A DNA stretch of 64,000 nt from the NCBI RefSeq assembly GCF_030684315.1, contig NC_081360.1, positions 45,021,424-45,085,423 of the forward strand. Direction: 5' to 3'. Positions 53,040 through 64,000 of the stretch are shown here, one piece after another (the stretch's first letter is position 1; each line of letters opens with the position of its first letter). This DNA comes from Stegostoma tigrinum (lineage: Eukaryota). The position numbers and the translations under genes were made by a program. The notes beneath the pieces are model-generated. The model was not told where the DNA came from. It saw nothing but the letters and a program-made list of their open reading frames with translations, and did not search any database.

Positions 53040-56000
53040 AGAAAACATAGCTGTCCTGGCTCTCACCAAGATACCAGTAATAAATACATCTGCCTCTGAC
53101 AGTATTGATGGGAGTGATTCCCACACAATTTTCACATTCATTTTGCAGATATCCTTCCTGGTGTTATCTAGCATCACTGCGGTACTGAATGGGATAGCTT
53201 TTATAAAAAGCTAACAACTCAAGACTAGGGGCCTAGCAGGCACTTTAAGCTATCAGCAGCAGCTATTCCATCTCAATCAGTCAGCTCATGGCCTATCTCA
53301 TCTGCCCACTGTACAATTGTCACCAAGCCACCCTGGTTCAGTGAAGATATCTCTGGATTATTACCAGTGCCATGAGATAACGAGGTAAGAAATAGGGAGA
53401 GAGTGCAGCTAAACACGTGGCTACAAGGCTGATGTAGGAGGGAGGGCTTCCATTATGTGGATAACTGGAGCACATACTGGCGAAGGTGGGACCTGTACAG
53501 TAAGGACAGGTTGCACCTGAACCGGAAGGGCACAAATATCCTGGGAGGGAGGTTTGCTAGAACTGTACGGATTGGTTTAAACTAGTTTGGCAGGGGGTAG
53601 GAAACCGGATTTATAATTCAGAGGCTGAGGTATTCGGCCTTCCAACAGACTCAACAGGGAGTGAGGTGGGTTATAAAGAAATGCGGTCTATGGAGCATAA
53701 TTGCAGACACTGAGCTGGTTTGTGGTGTGCATACTTCAATGCTAGAAGTATCAGAAATAAAGCGGATGAACTTAGGGCATGGGTCAGTACTCGAAACTAC
53801 GATGTTGTGGCCGTTACAGAAACTTGGGTAACTCAGGGACAGGAATGGTTGTTGGAAGTTCTGGGATTTAGATGCTTTTAAAGAAATAGGGAGAGTGGAA
53901 AAAGAGGTGGGAGAGTGGCCATGCTAGTCAGGGCTCGTATAGCAGCTACTGAAAGGCAATTTGAGAATGATATGTCTGCAGAGTCAGTTTGGGTTGAGGT
54001 CAGGAACAAGAAAGGAGCAGTCACTTTGTTGGGGATTTTTTACGGACCTCCTAATAGTTGCAGAGAAGTAGAGGAGCAGATTGGGAGGCAGATACAGGAA
54101 AGGTGCAGAAGTCACAGGGTTGTAGTAGTGGGTGACTTCAACTTTCCAAATATTGATTGGAAACATTTTAGTTGTAATAGTTTAGATGGAGCAGATTTTG
54201 CCCAGTGCATCCAGGAAGGATCCCTGATACAGTATGTAGATAGATCAACACAAGGAGAGGCCACTTTGGATTTGTTGCTTGGCAATGAACCAGGCCAAGT
54301 GTTAGACCTGCTGGTAGGAGCGCATTTTGATGGTAGCGATCATAACTCATTTCTTTCATGATAGTCGTGGATAAGGATAGGTACATAACAGCAGGGTAAG
54401 GTTTATTTTCGGGGGAAGGGTAATTACAACTCAGTTAGGCAAGAACTGGGGAACATAATTTGGGAACAGATGCTGCCGGGGAAGAGCACCACAGAAATGT
54501 GGAGATCGTTTAAGGAATGCATACTGCGCGTGCTCGATATGTTTGTCCCTTGCAGGCAGAGAAGATGCAATCGAGTGAGGGATCTATGGTTCTCGAGAGA
54601 GGTCGAATGACTGGTTAAGAGGAAGAAGGAGGCTTATGTAAGGTTTAGGAAAAGAGGAACAGAAAAGGCTCCAGAGGGATGCAAGTTAGCCAAGAAGGAG
54701 CTGAAGAAAGGGCTTAGGAGAGCTATAAGAGGGGATGAGAAAACCTTGGCAGAGAGAATCAAGGAAAACCCCAAGGCTTTTTACACGTATGTGAGGAATA
54801 AGAGAATGACCAGAGTAAGAGTAGGGCCGATGAAGGATTGTAAAGGGGATTTGTGCACGGAGCCTAAAAAGATAGGAGAGATCCTTAATGAATACCTTTC
54901 TTCAGTATTCACAACTAAGAGGGACCGAGTTGTAGAGGAGGACATTGTGAAACCGGCAGGTAGGCTAAAGGAGGTTGATGTTAGTAAAGAAGATGTGCCA
55001 AGAATCCTGAGAAAGTTGAAGATAGATTAGTCACCAAGGCCTGATGGGTTTTATCCAAGGATTCTATGGGAAGCGAGGGAAGAGATCGCCGGGCCTCTGG
55101 CAATGATCTTTTCTTCCTCACTGTCCATGGGTACAGTGCCGGAAACTTGAAAAGAGGCAAACGTCATTTGCTTGTTCAAAAAAGGGAATAGGGATAACCC
55201 CAGAAATCACAGGCCAGTTAGTCTTACATCAATGGTGGGGAAATTTTTGGAAAGGACTCTGAGAGATAGGATTTATGATCACTTGGATGGGCACAGGTTG
55301 ATTCATGATAGTCAGCATGAATTTGTAAAGGGTAGATCATGCCTCACAAACCTTATTGAATTCTTTGAAGACGTGACCAAACATGTGGATGAAGGTAGAG
55401 CAGTGGATGTGGAATACATGGATTTAAGTAAGCCATTTGATAAGATTCCCCATGGTAGGCTCATGCAGAAGGTAAGGAGGCATGGGATAGGGGGAGATGT
55501 GGCAGATTGGATTTAGAATTGGCTGACCCTTAGAAGACAAAGGGTGGTAGCGGACGGAAAATATTCAATGCGGTGCTCAGTTACGAGTGGTGTACCACAA
55601 GGATCTGTTCTGGGTCCTCTCCTATTTGTGATTTTTGTAAATGATTCGGACGTAGGAGTGGAAGGGTGGATTAGTACATTTGCGGACAATATGAAGGTGG
55701 GTCACGATGTGGACAGTGCAGAGGGCTGTTCTAGGTTACAAGGGGACATTGATAGGATCCAGAGCTGGGCTGAGAAGTGGCAGATGGAATTTAACCCTGA
55801 AAAGTGTGAGGTGATTCATTTTGGAAGGACAAACTTTAAAGCAGGATACAGAGTTAATGGAAAGATTCTTGGCAGTGTGGAGGAGCAGAGGGATCTTGGG
55901 TTTCATGTTCACAATTCCCTGAAAGCTGCCACCAGGTGGATAGAGTTGTTAAGGCGGCATATGGTGTGTTGGCTTTCATTAATGGAGGGATTGAGTTCAA

Positions 56001-57740
56001 GAGCCGTGAAGTTATGCTCCAGCTATACAAAAGCTTGGTTTGGCCACATCTGGAGTATTGTGTCCAGTTCTGGTCACCTCATTACAGGAAAGATGTGGAA
56101 GCATTAGAAAAGGTACAGAGGAGATTTATCAGGATAGTGCCTGGGAAGGAGGGAAGGTCTTGTGAGGAAAGTTGAGAGAGCTAGGGTTTTTCTTTTTAGA
56201 ACGACGAAGGATGAGAGGTGACTTGATAGAGGTGTGCAAAATGATCAGAGGTATAGATAGAGTAGACAGCCAGAGACTTTTTCCTAGGGTGTAGGTAGCT
56301 TTTACGAGGGGACATAGTTTTAAAGTGAGTGGAGGTAGATATTGGGCAGACATCAGAGGTAGGCTCTTTACTCAGAGAGTGGTGGGGTGTGGAATGCATT
56401 GCCGGAGAGGGTAGTGGAGTCAACCTCATTCGGGTCATTTAAGCGGCTATTAGATAGGCATCAGGATGATAGTATAAGGTAAGGGTGGAGGTTAGATAGA
56501 CCTTAGGTTTAGGGCCAAAGTTTGGCGCAACATTGTGGGCCGAAGGGCCTGTACTGCGCTGTAATGTTCTATGCTCTATGTTCTAAGAGGGCCAGGAGGG
56601 CATGCCAGGAGCAGCAGTAGACAAACTTAAAAATAATGTATCAACCCCGTGAAGCTACAATACAGGATTACTTGCATGCCAAACCACATAAGCAGCAAGC
56701 AACAGACAGAGTTGTGTGATCCCACAACCAACGGATCAGATCCAAACTCTGGGGGCTTGCCAGATCTGGTCTTGAATGGTGGTGGACACCATCATTGATG
56801 ACGAGAGTCTATAAATGTCCCCAATCTTGAAAACAGGGGCACCCAACATATCGGTGTCAAATACATGTGGATGATCCACCAGAACCCGTTCCTGAGTTCC
56901 CCAGCATCAAAGATACCAGATTTCTGCCAATTTAATCCATTCTACATGATATCAAGAAATGGCTGAAGGCACTGGATACTCTGAAAGCTATGGATCCTGA
57001 TAACATTCTGTCAATACTACTAAAGATCTGTGCCCCAGGACTAACCACACCGTGAGTTGAGCTGTCCCTGTACAACCACTGTTACATATGCGGAAATATG
57101 GTATTGTGTGGGGAAATAAAAATTGTGCCACACAAGTGCAAAGCAATCCAAGACCATTATAACCTGATATTCAGTGGCCTTGCCGTGAAACCTCCACTAT
57201 TAACATCCTGAGCATTACCATGGAGCAGTAACTGAACTGAAGCAGCTATATAAATATTGCAGCTACAAGAGCAGGACAAAGGCTAGGGATTCTGTGGTAA
57301 GGAACATATCTCCTGACTCCTCAGTGCCTTTCCACCATCTACAAGGCACAAGTAAGATATGTGATGGGATACTATCCATTTGCCTGAATGGTTACAACTC
57401 CAACAACACTCTCAACTCAACATCATCCCAGATAAAACAGCTTGCTTAATTGGCACTCCATCCACTACTTTTGATCTTCATTCTCCTGGTTAGTGATGAT
57501 CAGTTCCAGTAATGTGTACCATCTACAAGATGCACTGCAACTACTCACCAAGGTGCTTTAAACGGCATCTTCCAAACAAGTGACCTCTATCATCTAGAAG
57601 GACAACAGCAGCCGACGCTTAGGAACTTCAGCACTTACAAGATCCCCTGTAAGCCACTCCCTATCTTGACTTGGAACCATCCGTTCACTGTTTGGCCAAA
57701 TCCTGACCATTCCTAACCACATCATTGGTGTACCAACACA
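53040..57740 (+). mobile_element. Older degenerate LINE (second family) split by the CR1 insertion (parts about 53040-53347 and 56586-57740)
   Basis: Sequence reads through the CR1 (ccctggttcagtgaaga | gggccaggagggcatgccaggagcagca). The downstream part shares ccaccatctacaaggcacaagt..gtgatgg.atact with other copies in the window. Confidence 0.65.
53348..56585 (+). mobile_element. CR1 (HER1-like) LINE, 5'-truncated within ORF1, pseudogenised
   Basis: ORF1 esterase remnant (ISGLLPVP, LHLNRKGTNILG). ORF2 APE endonuclease (VVVGDFNFPNIDW, LDLLLGN, SDHN) and RT (RPVSLTS, GRSCLTNL, SGVPQGSVLGP, FADN) with stops and frameshifts. 3' tail gggccgaagggcctgt...(ttctatg)n. Confidence 0.92.
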
Positions 57741-58059
57741 ACACTCTCACCTAAGGCCAAGATGGATGCAGGGATCCAACATGACATCTAATCCACGAGC
57801 ACTGCCTTTGGACTCCTAGGGACTAGAGTCTGTGGCAACTGCGATATTTTTCCTGATTCCAAGATCTTTGCGTAAAGGGCATACCGACTTCCGGCTCTTC
57901 TACTTGGCCCCAAAACTTTGATTATGTATAGCAATCAGATCAAGGCCCTCAGCTGTGGCAATTACTTGGAGACTTTTATCAAAGTGAAATTTTTCTTTCT
58001 GTCATTTAACCTTGGTTTTGCCACTCATGGCTATTATGACTTCTGGGTTTAGAAATGCT

Positions 58060-58600
58060 GTGTGAGATAGATTCTCCCATCAGCTGAGAGGACAGGCATC
58101 CTAACTTGAAGATTCCTTGAAGGAACCAATAACACTAGCATCGAGGCCATGATCATCCAAAGCCAACTCTGCTGGGATGGCACATGCTTAAGAGATATGA
58201 CGGCCAAAGCAATTCTTCTTTTCCCTGCCCAAGGAAGGCATTTGAATAAAAGAACCAAGGGAGTGCTTCGAAGATTTCCTGAAGGTTTACCTCCAAAAGT
58301 GCATCATCAATGTCAATGCTAGGGAGATCCTCTTTCAGAAGAAATCAACTTTGCAGAACCTCCTGTATAAAGGGACACAATTCTTCAAGAACATCCATTG
58401 ACAAAAGAAAGTACAGAAAAGGAACTTGAGAAAGGAATGCTATAAATCTCGAGGCCAAAGACCAAATCCATCTCCCGCACAAGCCTGCCAAATGTGCAGT
58501 TGAAATGCAGCTCTAGGATTAGGCTCATCAACCACACAAAGACCTACAGGCCCCATGACCAATGACATGGAATTTCCTAGGTGGACAATCATACCCATTA
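58060..58600 (+). mobile_element. RTE-clade LINE 3' relic
   Basis: Decayed SIEAMIIQSQLCW.G...PKQFFFS...FEDFLK pattern typical of the RTE ORF C-terminus. Confidence 0.55.
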
Positions 58601-58829
58601 GTGAGTGATTGTAGGTGATGCTACATGGAGTGTAATAGTATCAGACCAAAGCTTGTCACCGCCTTCTCAAGGGCAATTAGGGATCAGCAACAAATGTAAT
58701 AACCACATTCCACTTCCTGTGATTAAATTAAGGAAAAACAAACATCCTGGGCAGACCCTAGATGAAGGTTGGAATATAAATCCACAATCTTTTAAGATGT
58801 GAATATCATGTCACCTTAAGTAATAATGT

Positions 58830-59250
58830 GACAACTGAGAGGTAGACAGATATACTCAATAACCACCAGTGAAATTTTAGAATACCAACACTGCATTTGA
58901 GATATGATGAGTGACTAAGGCCCACAATTCTTGATTAAAGATTTCAGTAGCTTCATAAAGGCTTGGAAAATTTCAACAACATACATCAAATCCACAATGA
59001 AATGGAAAGGCTGAAGTGGCAGTAAAACTTGTCAAAGAGATTGTAAAGAGTTTGAGCAAATCTAGCACAGGCTTTCATAAATGCATCTAATGAAGACAGG
59101 ACAAAGCTGTCCAGACAAAGACTAATTTCATGCCACACCCAAACTGTTCTTCTCATGGTGAAAACATTACTAAACCCAGAAGTCATTATAGCCATGAGTG
59201 GCAAAACCAAGGTAAAATGACAGAAAGAAAAATTTCACTTTGATAAAAGT
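58830..59250 (+). mobile_element. Ty3/Gypsy integrase relic
   Basis: DMMSD*GPQFLIKDFSSFIKAWK, then after a frameshift HTSNPQ*NGKAEVAVKLVK. This matches the integrase SDNGPQF...TSSPxxPQSNGxAExAV motif. Confidence 0.7.
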
Positions 59251-59528
59251 CTCCAAGTAATTGCCACAGCTGAGCATTGCAATTGCTGGGGAATTGTGGA
59301 CCTCTGGGACTGATGGCTGTTATGTACACTGTACAAGTGTTAAAGTCACCTTTCTCATCAGTTTCCTCCAGTGAAGCTACAACTTCTCTAATTGTACATA
59401 GATATCTGTGGTTGTGGCAATCTGTTGGGTCACTCAAATTCACTGCATATGATTGAGGTGACAACTGCTGAACATGGGTTCCAAGTTGTCAAATGAGCCT
59501 ACTGTCAAGAATATCAAGGCCTGTTGCT

Positions 59529-59697
59529 TAGGAAAATTCTAGGGTACACTAGCTTTGCATGACAGGCCAGTGGAATGATCAGGTGACCATCAGTTCCATC
59601 AAAATCATGGCAGCCTCTAGGGTGATGGAACTGATGGTCATCTGATCACTCCACTGGCCAGTCATCCAAAGCTACAGTGTACCCTAGAATTTTCCTA
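59529..59697. repeat. Long imperfect palindrome, MITE-like (about 73-75 bp arms, 21-bp spacer, TA at both ends)
   Basis: taggaaaattctagggtacact..agctttg.atgac.ggccagtgga.tgatcag.tgaccatcagttccatca followed by its reverse complement. Confidence 0.85.
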
Positions 59698-62600
59698 GTT
59701 GAGAGCCATCATGGTATATACCGACTGTGTAATGTTATCGTATAATCTGAACATTATCAGTATCTTCTCTGCTCAGTTTGTGTACTTATTATTAACAAAC
59801 AGCATCTCAGTCATTCCATCTAATACGATACAATTTCAATAATGTTTCTTTCTTAGTGAATCTTTTTTGCTTGTGGACTTGGGTTATTGTTAAATGGTAA
59901 TGAGGTTGGATGATTTGTGTGGTAGATACCAAAGCAGTACCATGGGTGAAAGCAGTAAATAATTCCAACAGGCAAAGTTGATGGTCTTATATTGCATTGA
60001 CCTTCACACTTATAATTACATTCATAAATCTGAACTTGTCAGAATGTTCTTAGAAGTATCCTTGTGCTGCATTTAGCCTAAAAGTTATTAATGTAGAGAG
60101 AAGTTGGCCACTGTAGAAAATAAAAACTTGTTTGTTACATTTATTATAAAACTGGTTATTAACAAAATATCTCAACTAGAATTCTTCACTGATGTAAGAT
60201 TATCTGCTTCCAATTCTTAGAAGTTCAGCTTATTGAAGAAAGTCAGTGAAGTGCATATTTTAAACTCAGAAAATTTTAACATACTGAAGCACTAACTTTA
60301 GCCCCTCTCTCCAACCTCCCCTAGTCAAAATTGGTAACTTGGAGGAACATCAATTTTGACTCCTTCACCCAGCATTATTCCAACCAGCACTGGGTGAAAT
60401 TAAGTATTGGCGTACACAGTCTAGAATATGAAAATCTGTCAGGTTGCTTAAACCACTGCATCGAAGAGTTTGTTGATCCCTTAGGTCCTTGTAGTTCCAA
60501 TACCTTCCTTAAATTAAATCTTCTCTTAAATTGCTAGTTTCCTACTGCTGTAACTATGGAATGGAATGATCAATGCAGCCTTGAAGAAAAATAGATTTGC
60601 GTTTGCGTTGTATTTTTCATTATATCCGGGTATCCCAAAGTGCTTAGCAGTCAATAAAACACATGTGAAGCCTTTTTTTATTCTTTTAGGGATGTGGGAA
60701 CCTCTAGTAAGGCCAACATTTATTGCCCATCCATGGTTGCTGTATGCAGTAGTGAGCTGGGTTTATTGAACCATTGCAGTGCATGTGCTGTGGGTGCACC
60801 CATGGTTCTGGTAAGTAGTGAGTGCCAGTATTGTGACCCACCAATAAAGAATGAACGTTGAAATATTTCCAAGTCAGGCTGTTAGCAATGATTTTGTCAT
60901 GCCAATAGGTCATTCATGCACCAGCTGGAGACCAGGAACTCCTGTCAGTTCTGAGGGAAAGACGTGAAGGAACAAACTCCAGTTTAGGCACATGTAAATG
61001 GCTGTCATCATTCTTTCCCCACTATTGAGGTGCCCAGCAATGGATGTCCCATCTGGCAAAAACTGCCAGTGGGAGTGGTGCAAGCTGGCATCAGATGACT
61101 GGGATCATTGTGGGGCCTGATACTGAAGGATGGTAATGGTAGGATAGGTGTTAGTGGAAAGGCAGGGGATTGATGGAAGGACAGGGTTGGCTTTTAGCTG
61201 GCCCCCTTTCCTGATGCCAAATCCATCAATCAGACACAAATACCTGACCCTCACCCCACACCCCACTCCACCTTCTGGTGACCACTGGTAAATACTGGAA
61301 ACTATGGAGCACCCACTTAATTCTGTAGAAGCAGCAAATTTCAGTGAGTTCAGGAATAATGTGTGTCAGTGGGGTCTTTAATGGCATCCTGTTGCTGAAA
61401 ATGCGGAATCTTGTGTCAGACACCGTCCCTTTCTAAGTTAATTGGGGGGAGGTTTATCTTTTGTTGGGAGACCGACCCAGGGCCTGTCCAGCAATTCAGT
61501 GCCTCTAATTGCCATCTGACTGACCAAGATGAACTGCATTAAATCCACCTTGCTGTGTGACTTGAGGGGAGCCTTGGAAGTGGTTGAGTACCATCCACCA
61601 GCAACTTCTGTCTTTCAAGGTAATGGAAGGCATAGGGTGGACAGTGGTGTGAAAGAATCCTTGAGGACCACTGTGGTATGTCTTGTAGATAGTGCATAAT
61701 GCTATCACTGTGCAGTTGGTACTGGGAGGGAATGATCAACGTGATTAATGGGGACTGTTTTCCTTTGAATGGTGTTGAACTTCTTGAATGTTATTTGAGC
61801 TATCCTTCTGCAGGTTTGAAGAAGTGGAGCCAGAGAAAGAGGTCATAGGCCCTGGCGTTTCTTCTGTTCACAGACACCTTATTCCACCATCCCCCTTATA
61901 TCCTTTGGGTGTCCAGAATTGGGAAATATAGTCACAATGGTGTCCAACTATTTTGCAAATAATTGGGTTGCAAAAGCATTGTGTCCTTTTGCACTCTTTT
62001 CCATTTATAAAACTCATCAAAATCACAACTCAGTCAGACAACTACACACAATTGACGAAGAGTCACTGAACCCAAAATGTTAACTCTGCTTTCTCTCCAC
62101 AAATGCTGCTCGACCTGTTGAGTTTCTCCAGTAATTTCTGCTTTTTGTTTGTCTCGGATCTCCAGCATTTGCAACTCTTTGTTCTACTTAATTACAAATA
62201 ATTTGCTGATATAGATTGTGCAACATCCTCCCCTTCTTTGAACCAAATCCAAGAAACAATCAGATTGTGATATCCAAAAGGTTTGAACCTCACAATCCCT
62301 ACTAACAAAAATCCTATGTTACAACTGAAAACATTTTGGACTCACAGTGACAGAGTCCTGGTTTTGTTTCCAAGGTCAAAAATGACAAAACATTCCACTA
62401 AATAGCCACCAAGCAATAATGTGCCATTTCAATCCACACCAGTGGATACTGTTAACAGAAAATTTATACAATGTATTGACTGATATGTGTTTCCTAATTT
62501 TAAGTTGAAACTAATCACACTTGTAAATGTACAGGGTTGGGTGTTTAATAGGAGAGCAAAGTACTGTGGGTAAAGTGGCCCACCAAAAATTGTCAAAGCA

Positions 62601-62921
62601 ATAAGTTGATAGCTTTAAAACAAAACATTTTAAAAAGTGTCAAGCAGCAGAGCTTACTAATAAAACATCTTTTGCATCTTCACTTAAGAAGCAAAGCTAA
62701 GTAGAACAGACTAGACTGAAAGTCCAGATCACCAGGAAAGGAGAAGGTGACCTCAGCTGGGTTTAAATAACACTGCTGACTTTGCATGACTCTCTGGTGA
62801 GGACACTCTGAGATGGCCTTGGTCATACAACAATAATGCTCAGAAATCGAATGCCTTTCAATCTTGTCTTTTTTTCTTATCTCCCAGTTGAGAGGTTTTT
62901 GGGGTCGGAAGAGGCTTGTGC

Positions 62922-63040
62922 TGTGTGTGTCTGTGTGTGTGTGTCCAGCTCTCTCCCAGGATTCTTTCACACTACCTTTGTCTTTTCCTTTCTTTGCACT
63001 TTCTCTCTCTTGCTCGCTAGCTAACTCTCTCTCTCTCACT
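62922..63040. repeat. (TG)n and (CT)n microsatellites
   Basis: Directly visible. Confidence 0.85.
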
Positions 63041-64000
63041 CAATCATGCTCATATAACATGCTCATATAATCACCCTCATACACTCACTCTCACTGTCTC
63101 ACTACCCCAGTGTCCAAGAAATTGAGATTAATATGAATGAATGAACGATTTATCTGTCACGCCTATTATCTATTTTACAGTGAAAAATACAATAAAATAT
63201 AGTGAAAAACTTCCACTGTTGCCAAATTCCAGTGCCATTTTTTAATATCATGAAGGAACACAAAGTGGCTGTGAAGGTAGCAAGATACCCCTGCTTCTGC
63301 CCAGTCTGACATTCTAGCTGCCTTGGGCCTTACTGTTGCTGAAGCTGTCACTTTATCTGGCCTCCCTGATCTGCCATGTGGATATGTCCTTTAGTGAGTC
63401 CATGCAGGAGGGCAGAGCATGTCACCCTGAATGCAGATTGTCAAAAACAAACCGCTACAAGAATTCAGGCTCTTGCTCCAAACATTAGAAGCTTAAGCGC
63501 TCAAACTTTGTCCTGGAATAGATTGCCAACTACATTCTTGTGTGTGAGGACATTGAGACATGAGTTGGCCACTTGCAACAGAGAGGGAAAGCCTATTGGT
63601 AAAGGCAAAACCTGTGAGTTTGCACCCACCCACACTCCCACCCACCCAAGGACTCAAAGTCCCAGTGTTTGCATCTTGTGAAATCCCTTCTCCCAAGCCT
63701 TTGTGGCACATATTACCACTCCTGACCTGTGCCCTGTTATAGAGTGGAAAATGTCTGAAGATTCAGGAGGTGATTCACTGGTTGAAGAATAATCAGCTTC
63801 TCACCTTTTGTAGTTATTATATTTATTTGGTTTATCCTGCTCAATCTGTTGTCAAGTAACTCTCAGGATTTTGATCATGGGGTATTTGGTGATGGCAACA
63901 TATTTGAATGCTAATGGGAGTGGTTAGACTTTCTGATGTTGGCAATGCCTGTGTGGCATGTGTGCCATTTGCTGTATTTCAGTTCCAGCCTGAATGCTAT

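Noticed and set aside
44061-64000. Next PDE11A exon (FKESMEKSSYSDWLINNS...)
   Set aside because: No matching sequence seen; probably beyond the window end.

Overview
Eukaryotic (vertebrate) genomic DNA, very probably a cartilaginous fish (shark), judged from HE1/V-SINE-type tRNA SINEs and CR1/HER1-type LINE tails. The window appears to lie inside a large + strand gene, PDE11A (dual cAMP/cGMP phosphodiesterase). I can read three of its coding exons with canonical AG/GT ends (90, 141 and 65 bp; end of GAF-A and start of GAF-B). The rest is intron, dense with transposon debris: CR1 LINEs, a second older LINE family, RTE, a Gypsy integrase relic, several SINE families and a MITE-like palindrome. 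The standout is an apparently intact, young Penelope-like retroelement (1077 aa RT + GIY-YIG ORF, 7-bp target-site duplication). A near-identical 5'-truncated copy sits 350 bp upstream. Each copy ends in an intact minimal hammerhead ribozyme in the host gene's sense orientation, so the two ribozymes bracket the complete ORF. Further fold-back and solo hammerhead-bearing Penelope ends are scattered through the window. Most short ORFs in the supplied track are spurious or transposon-derived. All family assignments are from motif recognition by eye, not database searches.
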